From positions 352,001-416,000 of the forward strand of contig JBBCJC010000002.1 in assembly GCA_037189525.1 (NCBI GenBank): a stretch of 64,000 nt of DNA, given 5' to 3'. A program made the translations under genes and the position numbers. Shown one piece after another: positions 19,874 to 29,913 of the stretch; position 1 is the stretch's first letter; the number at the start of each line of letters is the position of its first letter. Source of the DNA: Gemmatimonadales bacterium (lineage in GTDB: Bacteria > Gemmatimonadota > Gemmatimonadetes > Gemmatimonadales > GWC2-71-9). The notes beneath the pieces were generated by a model. The model was given only the letters and a program-made list of their open reading frames with translations, was not told the origin of the DNA and ran no database searches.

Positions 19874-21015
19874 CTGCTGATCCCGTTCGCCTCGTTACCA
19901 CCCCCGACGAGTTCAGCCGCCTGATCGAACAGTGGGGGGACGAACCGGTCGTGGGAATCGACACGGAAGCCGCCAGCTTCCATAAGTACCGCGATCGCGT
20001 CTACCTGCTGCAGCTGTCGACGGCCACCGACACCGCCGTGATCGACCCGCTCGGTACGCAGGGCATCACCCTGCTGCGGGACTGGCTCGCCGCCGGGCGG
20101 ACCGAGTTCATCTTTCATGATGCCGACTACGACGTTCGCCTGATGCATCGCGAAGCCGGTCTCCGGGTGCACCGGCTCTTCGACACCCGGGTAGCCGCCC
20201 AGTTCCTCAACCTGCCGAACATCGGGCTCGCCGCCCTGCTCTCGGAACGGTTCGGCGTGGCCACCGACAAACGGTTTCAGCGCGCCGATTGGTCCGCACG
20301 ACCGCTCTCGCCCGAGATGGTGGTCTATGCCGCTACCGACACCCGCTATCTGCCCGAACTCCGCAGCCAGCTGCTCAACGAACTGACCCGGGCGGGCCGC
20401 GCCAGCTGGGCAGCTGAGGAGTGCGAGCTCCTGTCCCGGGTGGAGTGGCCGGTGCCCGACCCGCCCGAGGAGGCCTTCCTGCGGATGAAGGGCGCCCGGG
20501 ACCTCGACCGGCGCGGGCTGGCCGTGTTGCGGGAGCTCTTCGTCTGGCGGGACCGGACGGCGGCCCGATTGGACCGGGCCCTCTTCCGCGTGCTCGGCAA
20601 CGAGCCGCTGCTCACCCTGTCAGCTGCGCAGCCGCAGTCACTCGAAGCGCTCGGCAAGATTCCGGGAGTCGGCGCCGAGAATGCGGCGCGGCGCGGCCAG
20701 GAAATTCTCGACGCGATTGCGCGCGGGCTGGCCGTTCCCGACCGGGAGTTGCCGGCATTCGAGCGACGCCCGCGGCATCGTCCTGATCCCGCATTCGACG
20801 CGCGGGTCGAGCGACTCAAGGCGTGGCGCGTCGGCCTGGCGGAGCGCTATCAGTTGTCTCCCGGACTCCTGGCGCCCAACGGGATGCTGGAAGCCGTGGC
20901 CCGTGCCGTACCAACGACCGTGGACGAGCTGATGAAGGTACCGGGCGTGCGGCGCTGGCAGGCACAGGAGTTCGGCGCCGAACTCCTGAAGGTGCTCGGG
21001 ACCCGCGGGGCATAG
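19870..21015 (+). CDS. rnd: Ribonuclease D (DEDDy exonuclease plus two HRDC domains)
   Basis: GIDTE, LLQL, FHDADYD, LFDTRVAA, DWSARPL, YAATD. Confidence 0.92.
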   Translation: MTADPVRLVTTPDEFSRLIEQWGDEPVVGIDTEAASFHKYRDRVYLLQLSTATDTAVIDPLGTQGITLLRDWLAAGRTEFIFHDADYDVRLMHREAGLRVHRLFDTRVAAQFLNLPNIGLAALLSERFGVATDKRFQRADWSARPLSPEMVVYAATDTRYLPELRSQLLNELTRAGRASWAAEECELLSRVEWPVPDPPEEAFLRMKGARDLDRRGLAVLRELFVWRDRTAARLDRALFRVLGNEPLLTLSAAQPQSLEALGKIPGVGAENAARRGQEILDAIARGLAVPDRELPAFERRPRHRPDPAFDARVERLKAWRVGLAERYQLSPGLLAPNGMLEAVARAVPTTVDELMKVPGVRRWQAQEFGAELLKVLGTRGA

Positions 21016-21092
21016 GACCGCCCCGGGTCCCGGAAAGGCCGGTATATCGCTCGACCGCCCGGCGGACTGCGGCTCAGACCTGAGCCGAGCGA

Positions 21093-21395
21093 CTACCCCA
21101 GAAAGGCGCGGACCCGCGGATCCATCTTGTCCGGGGTCCAGTACGGCTCCCACACCAACTCGATCGATGCGCTGTTGACACCCTCCATCTGCTCGGCAAC
21201 CAGCCGGGCATCTTCGAGCATCTCGGGCCCGGAGGGACACCCGGGCGAGGTCAGCGTCATCTTGATATGCACATCATTGGCCTCCGACACCTCGATATCG
21301 TAGACCAGACCGATGTCGACGATGTTGAGTCCCAGCTCCGGGTCTTTCACGGCCCGGAGCGCTTTTCGTACGGTTTCTGACGTCACCATTTCCAT
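21093..21395 (-). CDS. DUF59/SufT metal-sulfur cluster assembly factor
   Basis: VKDPELGLNIVDIGLVY, MTLTSPGCP, VWEPYWTPDKM. Confidence 0.92.
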   Translation of the reverse strand: MEMVTSETVRKALRAVKDPELGLNIVDIGLVYDIEVSEANDVHIKMTLTSPGCPSGPEMLEDARLVAEQMEGVNSASIELVWEPYWTPDKMDPRVRAFLG

Positions 21396-21465
21396 CGCTC
21401 CCGAATCGAACCACCCCGGGAAGCTAATCGGGTGGCCGGAAGCCGGGTCAACCGACCGGCTCGGG

Positions 21466-22299
21466 CTACGGAATCCGAAGCGGCCCCGGCGGGAGCGTGT
21501 AGAGCAGCACGATGGAGGCGCGATCCCGTCCGGACGGACCGGCAACCTGGACGGTCGGATACATCACGTCGCGCCGGTCGGCCGAATGCGGTAAACCCAG
21601 CACGTGTCCCAACTCGTGCACAGCAACCGCCTGGAGTTCCTCGCGCTCCAGCACGCGGGTCTGATGGAGCCGTGCCAGCGTCACGACGGCGCTGACGATG
21701 ACGCCACGGCCATCGCCCGTCATTTCCGCCCAGCCGGTGCGGGAAACGCCCGACCGCGCGCTATCGGCCGGCTCCGGCTCGAAACGTTCGACCCACCGAA
21801 TCCGGAGATCGGCCGAGGCGGTGTCGGGCACGGTGACGAACCGGATGCCCACGCCGAGGTTCTCCCAGCTGCGCATGGCCGCCTCGACTGCGGCGATCCG
21901 CTCGGAGCCCGTACTGTCCGGAGCAATCGCGACCCGGATCGTGGCGTCGTCGGGCCAGCGGCGGATGACCGAGTCGGGCGAGGCAAAGACGGAATCGAGG
22001 TAGGTCGCGCGCACCGAGTACTGGAACCGCCGGCGCGCCTCGAGCAGCGCGCGCTGGGCGAGCACCGGGGTGCGGAGTTGGGGACTGGTTTCGCTGGCCA
22101 GCGGGAGCGGGGTCGCAGGAATAACCGGTGGCACAGCGGCAGGCACTGGTACCGAGCCGACCGCGGCACCAGCATGCGAGGTAGCTTCAGCAACTACGGT
22201 TGGTTCCTCAACAGGAGCCGCTGCCGGACGCCGAGTCCAGCGGGCGCCGGCCAGCAGCGCGAGGCAGGCCACCACGAGGGCCAGGAAAACACGACTCAT
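21466..22299 (-). CDS. Matrixin-family (M10-like) metalloprotease, membrane-anchored or secreted
   Basis: HELGHVLGLPHS zinc motif plus Met-turn VMYP; hydrophobic N-terminus. Confidence 0.85.
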   Translation of the reverse strand: MSRVFLALVVACLALLAGARWTRRPAAAPVEEPTVVAEATSHAGAAVGSVPVPAAVPPVIPATPLPLASETSPQLRTPVLAQRALLEARRRFQYSVRATYLDSVFASPDSVIRRWPDDATIRVAIAPDSTGSERIAAVEAAMRSWENLGVGIRFVTVPDTASADLRIRWVERFEPEPADSARSGVSRTGWAEMTGDGRGVIVSAVVTLARLHQTRVLEREELQAVAVHELGHVLGLPHSADRRDVMYPTVQVAGPSGRDRASIVLLYTLPPGPLRIP

Positions 22300-22432
22300 C
22301 GACCCCGCGAGCCGCAAGATGGACGCCCGGGCTCGCTTCGGCTGGCCAGCACCCGGGGGCCCCCTTACATTTGCCCCGGTTCGATACCGTCAGGACCGAG
22401 GCTAACTAGTTGTCGTACGAACAGATGGAGCG

Positions 22433-24700
22433 TTGGTGATCCTGGCGTCCCTGGCTCGAGCCCTGGTTCGATGGCGAGCCTTCGTCATCGCCGTCTGGGT
22501 CATCCTGGGCGCGTTTGCCTTCACTCAAGCCCCCAAGACGCCCGAACGCCTGGCGCTTCGAGGCGGCAGCGAGCATCCCTCCGAGGCCCGGATCGCCGAC
22601 CGGATGCTCACCGAGCGGTTTGCCCGCCCCTTCGGTGAGTTCTTTGCCGTCACCATTGAAGGTCCGAGTTCATTCCGGACCGGGCCGGCCCGCGACGCAC
22701 TCGATTCGCTGACCAAAGCCGCCGGGCGCCTGCCGTATGTCCAGACCGTCGTATCCCATCTGACCCAGGCAGACTCGACTTTCCTCTCCGCCGACGAGCG
22801 CTCGACCTTTTTCCTGGTCTCGTTCGAGGCCAGCAGCGACAGCATCGGCAATCTGGTCCAGCCATTCCGCGCCGAGATGCAGCGGGTGCTGGATCACATT
22901 CCCAATCGACCCGCCTATGCCCTTCTCGTGACCGGCCGCTCGGCGCTCGACCTCGACATTCGCAACGTCAGCGCAGCCGACGGCAAGCGGTTCGAGTTGA
23001 TGCTGATGCCGATCACGCTCGTGATCCTGGTTCTGGCCTTTGGGGCGCTGGTAGCCGCGCTCCTGCCGCTGACCATCGGCGTCCTGGCCATTGCCGTGTC
23101 GTTGACGGCCATCGGGATCATGGCTGAGTTCACCCCGATGTCGGTCTTCGTGCTCAACCTGACCACGATGATCGGCCTGGGTGTCGGGATCGACTACTCC
23201 CTATTGATGGTGACTCGGTTCCGCGAAGAAATGGCGCGCGGCCTGCGCCGGCGGGAGGCGGCCGAACGTACCGTCCTCACGGCCGGCGTTGCGGTCTTCC
23301 ATTCGGGCGTCACGGTCGTGGTGGGATTCGGGGCGCTCCTACTCACGCCGATGGTGGAGACCCGGAGCGTGGGCATCGGCGGGCTGCTGGTGGTGAGCAC
23401 CGCCGTACTGCTCTGCCTGACCCTGCTCCCGGCCCTGCTCGCTGCGCTGGGCCCGAGTATCGACCGGCCCCGCTGGCTGGCCCGCCGGCTGACCTGGTAT
23501 CACGCGCCGCAGATCTGGGAAAAGTGGGCCCGGTCGCTGGCTCGGCATCCGGTCCGCGCCATGATCCTGGGCGGCGCCACCATGGCCGTGCTCACCTTGC
23601 CGCTCCTCTGGATCAAGATCGGTTTGCCGGCGCGGCACTGGTGGCCCAGCGCCACGGAGGCCGGCGCCGGGGTCGACGCGCTCGCCCGGATGGGCGTCTC
23701 CGGCTACATCACGCCGGTCCGGATCATGGTCGAGTTTCCCGAAGACCAGCCGGCCACCCAGGCCGTGTCGCTCCGCGGTCTCCGGGCGCTGTCCGATTCG
23801 ATGCGGGCCGATCCGCGGGTGCGCGACGTGCGCAGCATGGTCGACCTCCAGCCCGGGATGTCGATCCTCGCCTACTCGATGCTCTACGCCGACATCGACT
23901 CGGCCCGAGCCGGCCAGCGCGAGTTTCTCGACGCCTACCTGAGCCGCGACGGCCGCGTGGCCCTGGTCGACGTGGTCCTGCAGGACACCACCTCGCTCAC
24001 CTCGGCCATGGATGTGGTGGCCCGGGCACGCACCCTGGCGGCCTCCGACAGCATTCGCCAGCTGCGCAACGCCGAGGTGCGGGTCGGCGGGTACATCGCG
24101 GGGAGCGTGGATCTGCAGGAGGAGATGCTGGATATCTTCCCGCGCCTGATCGCACTGGTCCTGACCGCCACCGCGATCATGCTGGCGCTGGCCTTCCGAT
24201 CGATCCTGGTACCGCTCAAAGCGGTTCTGATGAACTCGCTCTCGGTGGCGGCGACCTTCGGCCTGATCGTGCTGGTGTTCCAGAAGGGGTACGGCGGGAG
24301 TCTCTTCCACCTGTCCGGACCAACCGAAGCGATCTTCGTGCTGATTCCGGTGCTCGTCTTTGCGGTGGTGTTCGGATTGAGTATGGACTATGAGGTCTTC
24401 CTGCTCAGCCGCATCAAAGAGGCCTTCGACCGGACCGGGCGCAACAGCGAAGCGACGATGGAGGGCCTGAGCGCCACCGCGTCGGTGATCACCTCCGCGG
24501 CGCTGATCATGATCTTCGTCTTTGGCGCCTTTGCCTTTGCGCGGGTCATCGTGATGCAGCTGCTCGGCTTCGGCCTAGCCGTGGCGGTGCTGCTCGATGC
24601 GACCATCATCCGGATGGTTCTGGTGCCCGCCTTCATGCATCTGATGGGGCGCTGGAACTGGTGGCCGGGGGCGCGCCGCATCACACCCCGGGCTCGCTGA
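22433..24700 (+). CDS. MMPL-family (RND) transporter
   Basis: GLGVGIDYSL…RFREE and FGLSMDYEVFLLSRIKE, LDATIIR…VPA…LMGRWNWW. Confidence 0.93.
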   Translation: MVILASLARALVRWRAFVIAVWVILGAFAFTQAPKTPERLALRGGSEHPSEARIADRMLTERFARPFGEFFAVTIEGPSSFRTGPARDALDSLTKAAGRLPYVQTVVSHLTQADSTFLSADERSTFFLVSFEASSDSIGNLVQPFRAEMQRVLDHIPNRPAYALLVTGRSALDLDIRNVSAADGKRFELMLMPITLVILVLAFGALVAALLPLTIGVLAIAVSLTAIGIMAEFTPMSVFVLNLTTMIGLGVGIDYSLLMVTRFREEMARGLRRREAAERTVLTAGVAVFHSGVTVVVGFGALLLTPMVETRSVGIGGLLVVSTAVLLCLTLLPALLAALGPSIDRPRWLARRLTWYHAPQIWEKWARSLARHPVRAMILGGATMAVLTLPLLWIKIGLPARHWWPSATEAGAGVDALARMGVSGYITPVRIMVEFPEDQPATQAVSLRGLRALSDSMRADPRVRDVRSMVDLQPGMSILAYSMLYADIDSARAGQREFLDAYLSRDGRVALVDVVLQDTTSLTSAMDVVARARTLAASDSIRQLRNAEVRVGGYIAGSVDLQEEMLDIFPRLIALVLTATAIMLALAFRSILVPLKAVLMNSLSVAATFGLIVLVFQKGYGGSLFHLSGPTEAIFVLIPVLVFAVVFGLSMDYEVFLLSRIKEAFDRTGRNSEATMEGLSATASVITSAALIMIFVFGAFAFARVIVMQLLGFGLAVAVLLDATIIRMVLVPAFMHLMGRWNWWPGARRITPRAR

Positions 24701-24706
24701 GACGTA

Positions 24707-27493
24707 TTACCGCTTGGCGTCGAGCCAGTTCGGGCCCACTCCGATATCGACGACCAGCGGCACCGACAGCTCCGCAACCCCTTCCATACAGGTACGGACC
24801 AGACTCGCGACCGCGTCGACCTCGCCCGCGGGAGCTTCCACCACCAATTCGTCGTGGACCTGCACCAGCAGCCGCGCCTCGTGCCCGGCCGCGCGCAGCG
24901 CGCCGTGCAGCCGCACCATGGCAATCTTGATCAGATCGGCGGCCGATCCCTGCAGCGGCGAGTTCTGGCTCAACCGCTCTCCGAAGGCGCGGGTGTTGAA
25001 GTTCCGGTCCTTGATCTCGGGAATGTACCGGCGCCGCTTGAACAGGGTCTCGACATAACCCTGTGATCGGGCCAACTCCACCTGTCGGTTCAGATAGGCG
25101 CGCACGCCGGCAAACCGGGTAAAGTAGGACTCGATGAAGCCCCGGGCCTCCTCCATCGAAATCTTGAGCTGCTTGCTGAGCGCAAAGGCCCCCTGGCCGT
25201 AGATCGTCCCGAAATTGATCGTCTTGGCCCGGCCGCGCATCTCGCTGCTGACCAGGTCGGGCGACACCCCGAAAATCAGCGACGCCGTCTGCCGGTGGAT
25301 GTCCTCCCCGCTCCGGAACGCGGCCACGAAGGCGGGGTCGCCGGAGAAGTGCGCCATCAGCCGCAGTTCGATCTGGGAATAGTCGGCCACCACGAACTGC
25401 CAGCCGCTGGTCGGAACGAAGCCGCGCCGGATTTCTTCGCCTCGCTTGGTCCGGATCGGAATGTTCTGGAGATTCGGATCGGACGACGACAACCGCCCGG
25501 TCGCAGCGCCGGTCTGGTTGTAGCGGGTGTGGATCCGGCCGGTCCGGCGATTGACACGGGCGGGCAGTACATCGACATAGGTCGATTTGAGTTTCTGAAG
25601 CTCGCGATACTCGAGCAAGAGACGCGGCACCTCATGCCCCTGCTCGGCCAGCTGCTCCAGCACGTCGGCGTCGGTCGAGGGGCCGGTCTTGGTCTTTTTG
25701 AGTACCGGCAGGCCCAGCTTGTCGAAGAGAACGGCGGCCAGCTGCTTGGGGCTGTTGAGATTGAGCGTGGCCCCGGCCGACTCCGCAATGGCCCCTTCGA
25801 GCCGGACCAGATCGGTGGTCAGTTCGCGCGACAGTCGTTCGAAGACCGTCGCGTCGATGGCAATGCCGGTCCACTCCATGTCGGTCAGGACCCCGACCAG
25901 CGGCATTTCGATCTCGTCCAGAAGCGGCACCAGCGACGCCTCGGACAGCCTCGGCGCGAAGTTGGTGTCGAGCGCCAGCACGGTGGAGGCAATGGCCGCG
26001 CCAAATCGCGCCGCCGCGTCGACCTCGACTTCGGCAAAGGGGATCTGATGGCGGCCGCTCTTGGTCAGATCCGTTACCGACGGAAGCGGACGATCCAGAT
26101 AGTCGAGACTGAGAATGTCGAGCGCCGTGGACCGCCGCCCGGGATCGATCACGAAACTCGCAATCATCGGGTCGAATCGTCCGCCGGCCAGCTCCACCCC
26201 GGCGCGTCGCAAGAGCTGCCACTGCAACTTGAGATCGTGCGCGGCTTTCGGAACCGAGGCATCCTCGAGGAGAGCAACCAGTGGGGCACATGCCGCGTCG
26301 GCAAGCGCCGGCAGGTTCTGAACCGGCGCCGGCGCGGCCAGCGCGCCATCGGCGGGACGGTGCCCGAGCGGCAGGTACCAGGCCTCGGCCGGGCTCACGG
26401 CCAGGCTGATGCCGATCAGCTCGGCGTCATGCGGTTCGGCGCCGTCGCCCCGGACATCGAGCGCCACGAGCGGCGCCTGGCGAAGCCGCGCCACCAGCGC
26501 CGGGAGATCGCCCGCGTCCGACACGACGATAGGCGCCGAGGTCAGCGTCGGCGCGGTGGACGCGGCCGGGCCGGCAGGCGTCTCGGCCGCCTCGCCCAGA
26601 TCGAGACGATTGACCAGGGAATGGAACTCGAGCCGGGTCAGGATCTTGCGCAGCTGCTCGGGATCGGGATCCACCGAGACAGCCGTGGCCAGCTCGAGCG
26701 CGACCGGAACATCGGTTTGGATCGTCACCAGCTGGCGCGACAGCCGCGCAGCATCGGCTTCGGCGAGCAGCGCTTCACGAGGGCGCTTGGCCTTGATCTC
26801 ACCCGCCTTGCTCAGGATCGTATCGAGGCTTCCGTAGTCCTGCAGCAGCTGGGCAGCGGTTTTGTCGCCCACACCGCGCACTCCGGGCACGTTGTCGGAG
26901 GTGTCGCCGACCAGGGCGAGAAAGTCGATTACCTGGCGGGGCGGCACGCCGAGCCGTTCGGTGGCGTTCCGTTCGTCGACCCAGAGTTCGTCGACGCCCG
27001 CGGGGCCGCCGCGGCCCGGGTTGAGCAGGGCAACCTGCGGACCGATCAACTGATAAAAGTCCTTGTCGCCCGAGACGATCACGACCTGGAGCCCCTGCTC
27101 CGACTCGCGCCGCGCCAGCGTGCCGATCACGTCATCGGCCTCGTAGCCCTCGAGCGCCACGCGCGGAATGCGGAACGCTTCCAGGATGTCGCGGACATGC
27201 TCCAGCGCCAGGTCGAAATCCTGTTGCAGCTCGACGTCGAGCTTCTGGCGGGTCGACTTGTACTCGGGAAAGAGCTGGGTGCGAAACGAATCGCCCTTGT
27301 CGAGCACCCAGACGAGGTAGTCGGGCTGGTATTTGGATTTGAGCCGGAGCAGGAAGTTGACGACGCCCCAGGCCGCCGAGGTGTTCTCGCCGCGGGAGGT
27401 ACGAAGAGGACGACTGATGAGCGCGAAGAACGCGCGGTAGATCAGGGCGTGGCCGTCGACCAGGAAGAGCTGCGGCGGATCATGATGAGCCAT
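24707..27493 (-). CDS. polA: DNA polymerase I
   Basis: LVDGHALIYRAF, EADDVIGT, TGRLSSSDPNLQNIP, ADYSQIELR, QVHDEL. Confidence 0.97.
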   Translation of the reverse strand: MAHHDPPQLFLVDGHALIYRAFFALISRPLRTSRGENTSAAWGVVNFLLRLKSKYQPDYLVWVLDKGDSFRTQLFPEYKSTRQKLDVELQQDFDLALEHVRDILEAFRIPRVALEGYEADDVIGTLARRESEQGLQVVIVSGDKDFYQLIGPQVALLNPGRGGPAGVDELWVDERNATERLGVPPRQVIDFLALVGDTSDNVPGVRGVGDKTAAQLLQDYGSLDTILSKAGEIKAKRPREALLAEADAARLSRQLVTIQTDVPVALELATAVSVDPDPEQLRKILTRLEFHSLVNRLDLGEAAETPAGPAASTAPTLTSAPIVVSDAGDLPALVARLRQAPLVALDVRGDGAEPHDAELIGISLAVSPAEAWYLPLGHRPADGALAAPAPVQNLPALADAACAPLVALLEDASVPKAAHDLKLQWQLLRRAGVELAGGRFDPMIASFVIDPGRRSTALDILSLDYLDRPLPSVTDLTKSGRHQIPFAEVEVDAAARFGAAIASTVLALDTNFAPRLSEASLVPLLDEIEMPLVGVLTDMEWTGIAIDATVFERLSRELTTDLVRLEGAIAESAGATLNLNSPKQLAAVLFDKLGLPVLKKTKTGPSTDADVLEQLAEQGHEVPRLLLEYRELQKLKSTYVDVLPARVNRRTGRIHTRYNQTGAATGRLSSSDPNLQNIPIRTKRGEEIRRGFVPTSGWQFVVADYSQIELRLMAHFSGDPAFVAAFRSGEDIHRQTASLIFGVSPDLVSSEMRGRAKTINFGTIYGQGAFALSKQLKISMEEARGFIESYFTRFAGVRAYLNRQVELARSQGYVETLFKRRRYIPEIKDRNFNTRAFGERLSQNSPLQGSAADLIKIAMVRLHGALRAAGHEARLLVQVHDELVVEAPAGEVDAVASLVRTCMEGVAELSVPLVVDIGVGPNWLDAKR

Positions 27494-27540
27494 TCCGGTA
27501 AGTTAGCCGGACGAGCGGCGCCGCGCGGGCGCCGCCTGGA

Positions 27541-28917
27541 TCAGCGAGCGCTCCGCGGGCTCCGTGGAATCATGGCGCGCGCGCGGCTGAATTCCGAGCG
27601 CGACTGCGGGGTGAGACGGAGCCGGGAAAAACCCAGCGTCCCTTCGAAGTCGATGACCGCGCGATACTCGCTGTAGACCCAGCGGACGAAGCGGCGATCG
27701 GCTGCCAGCGAGTTCTCATAGACCTGGTCCGGCTCGCCCAGCGTGATGAAGACCTCGCCGCGATCGGTGCGCCAGCCTTCCCCGCCCTCTTCGCGGAACC
27801 GCTCGTTGGCAATGGCCAGGCGGGTGAAGTAGCGATCCAGCGCCTCGTTTTCCGGGGTGGCCGGGATCGGGTCGGTCGCCACCCAGAATTTGCGCCAGAG
27901 CTGGGCCCGATCGGCCGGCTTGGCATTGCGGAGATCGTCGAGCATGCCCGGCTCGTACGGGAAGTACCGCATCAGGCTGAGCAGGTTTTCGTAGTTGGTG
28001 ACCACCCAGCCGCGGGCAAACGAGACCAGCGCCTGGACCTTCTGCGCGGACGGCCCTTCGCCGACTTCGATGGTCAGCTCACCAAGCGGCGGCGTGTCCG
28101 AGCTGAGCCGGACGATCCGGCCTTCGACGCTGCGTCCTCCGGCAAACCGGACGTCGCTGCGATAGACCACGCTGTCCCGGTCGTCCCGCACCACGACCGG
28201 CACGGTGGCGGGCCCCGAAAAGCGGTAGCCCTCGACGTAGATGAACAAGGTATCGCTGCCACCGTGGGCCACGGTGCCGCGGGAATTGAGCACGATGTCG
28301 ATCGGCTCGTTGGTCGAGGTCCGGCTGCGCACCTCGTAGACCAGGACCGGCGGCGCAATCGACCCCGCATCGAAGCGCGGCACCGTGAGCGGACGTTCGA
28401 CACGGCTCGCGCCGTTCGACGACGGGTCGCGCATCACGACCGACAGGGTGTAGTCACCCGGGCGGATCAGAAAGCCCTGCTGGAAGAAGATGCTCTCGTC
28501 ACTCCGCTGGGTTTCGCCAAAGGTGTTGACCCGGACCACCTTGGTTTCGCTGGCCGTGATCGGCTCACCGCCGCCTTGGGGCGTCAGCGTCAGATCGACG
28601 CGATAGCTGCCCGTGAAGCTGCCCTGATCGCGCTGGAACGAAATGGAGCGGTTACTGAAGGAGAGCCCGATGTCGACCAGCGTCGAGTCGCCGGGGCCCG
28701 CGAGGGTCGCGACCGTGCCGACGAACGGGACCTGCCCGCCGGCGGCGAGGCGGCCGAGACGTTGATAGACGGAGGTCAGACTGAAGAGTTCGCTCAGGGT
28801 CTGATCGGTCATGGTCGACGGCGCACCGGGACCGTTGCTGCGACCCGAGGAACAGGCTCCGAGCAACCCGACGACTGGGATCAGCGTGAGCGCAAAACGC
28901 CCCAAGAATCCGCGCAT
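27541..28917 (-). CDS. GWxTD-domain lipoprotein
   Basis: Lipobox LLGAC after GAGGA RBS; FW..TDP.PATPENE, GWRTDRGEVFITLGEPD. Confidence 0.85.
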   Translation of the reverse strand: MRGFLGRFALTLIPVVGLLGACSSGRSNGPGAPSTMTDQTLSELFSLTSVYQRLGRLAAGGQVPFVGTVATLAGPGDSTLVDIGLSFSNRSISFQRDQGSFTGSYRVDLTLTPQGGGEPITASETKVVRVNTFGETQRSDESIFFQQGFLIRPGDYTLSVVMRDPSSNGASRVERPLTVPRFDAGSIAPPVLVYEVRSRTSTNEPIDIVLNSRGTVAHGGSDTLFIYVEGYRFSGPATVPVVVRDDRDSVVYRSDVRFAGGRSVEGRIVRLSSDTPPLGELTIEVGEGPSAQKVQALVSFARGWVVTNYENLLSLMRYFPYEPGMLDDLRNAKPADRAQLWRKFWVATDPIPATPENEALDRYFTRLAIANERFREEGGEGWRTDRGEVFITLGEPDQVYENSLAADRRFVRWVYSEYRAVIDFEGTLGFSRLRLTPQSRSEFSRARAMIPRSPRSAR

Positions 28918-29013
28918 GCTGCTTCCTCGCACAACGTGGAAAGCCCGCGACCGGCAGCGGGAGTGTGCTATCTTGCTTAAGCCCGGCAGCGGCGTGTAGC
29001 TTGAACCGATCCC

Positions 29014-29913
29014 ATGAGCCAAGATAACCTCGTCGGCCGCACGGTGGCCGGGTACACGCTCCTCGAGTACGTCGGCGAGGGCGGCACCGCCACCGTTTAT
29101 CGCGCAACGCACCCAGAACGGGGCGTTGCCGCGGTCAAGATTCTGCGCATTCGCATGTCGCAGGATCCGGTCGCCGTCAAACGTTTTCTCCGCGAAGCCG
29201 AGTTCGGGGCCCGCCTCGATCATCCCAATATCGTCCGCACCTACGAGTATGGTGAAGCGGAGGATATGTACTACCTCGCGCTCGAGTGGGCTGCCGGAGA
29301 ACCGCTTGCCAATTTTCTGACAGCGTCGGGGCCGCTGGCCCCTGACGTGGTGGCCAAAATCGTCGCCCAGTTGGCGGCGGCGCTGACGGTTGCGCATCGA
29401 GCCGGGATCATCCACCGTGATCTCAAGCCCGCCAACATCATGTACGACCCCGCCACGCAGACGGCCCGTCTGCTGGACTTCGGGATCGCGCGGGATCAGG
29501 AGGACGACCCCAACCAGCGGCTCACCAAGGCGGGGTTCTTCGTCGGGACGCTCCAATATGTCGCGCCCGAGGCGTTGAGCGGCGAACTGGTGAAAGAGCA
29601 GGCCGACGTCTACAGCTTGGCTACGATTGCGTACCATCTGCTAACCGGGCAGCTCCCGTACCCCGGGAAGAACCCAAGGGAGTTGTTCCAGCAACTCCTC
29701 TCCAAGCCGCCCATTCCGCTCAGCCAGGCGGCGCGCAACCTCAAGTTCTCGTCGGAGCTCGAAGCCGCCGTGATGCGCGGCCTCAACCGCGACTTGGGCG
29801 AGCGCTGGAAAACGGTCGGCGAGTTTGCCGAGGCCTTTTGCGCCGCGGCAACTCAGGAAGACAAGAACAAAGGCGGATTTCTCTCCTCGCTCTTCCGAAA
29901 GCGGCCGTCATGA
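29014..29913 (+). CDS. Stand-alone cytoplasmic Hanks-type Ser/Thr protein kinase
   Basis: GEGGTATVY, AVK, HRDLKPANI, DFG, GTLQYVAPE, DVYSL. Confidence 0.94.
   Translation: MSQDNLVGRTVAGYTLLEYVGEGGTATVYRATHPERGVAAVKILRIRMSQDPVAVKRFLREAEFGARLDHPNIVRTYEYGEAEDMYYLALEWAAGEPLANFLTASGPLAPDVVAKIVAQLAAALTVAHRAGIIHRDLKPANIMYDPATQTARLLDFGIARDQEDDPNQRLTKAGFFVGTLQYVAPEALSGELVKEQADVYSLATIAYHLLTGQLPYPGKNPRELFQQLLSKPPIPLSQAARNLKFSSELEAAVMRGLNRDLGERWKTVGEFAEAFCAAATQEDKNKGGFLSSLFRKRPS

Noticed and set aside
25295..27676. Long opposite-strand ORFs (this one, 40489-42729, 48634-51291, 12440-13942 and others)
   Set aside because: Antisense shadows of well-supported genes, expected in high-GC DNA.
27541..29637. 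698-aa ORF suggesting a long N-terminal extension of the GWxTD protein
   Set aside because: The extension is the antisense shadow of the kinase. An RBS and lipoprotein signal place the start at 28917.
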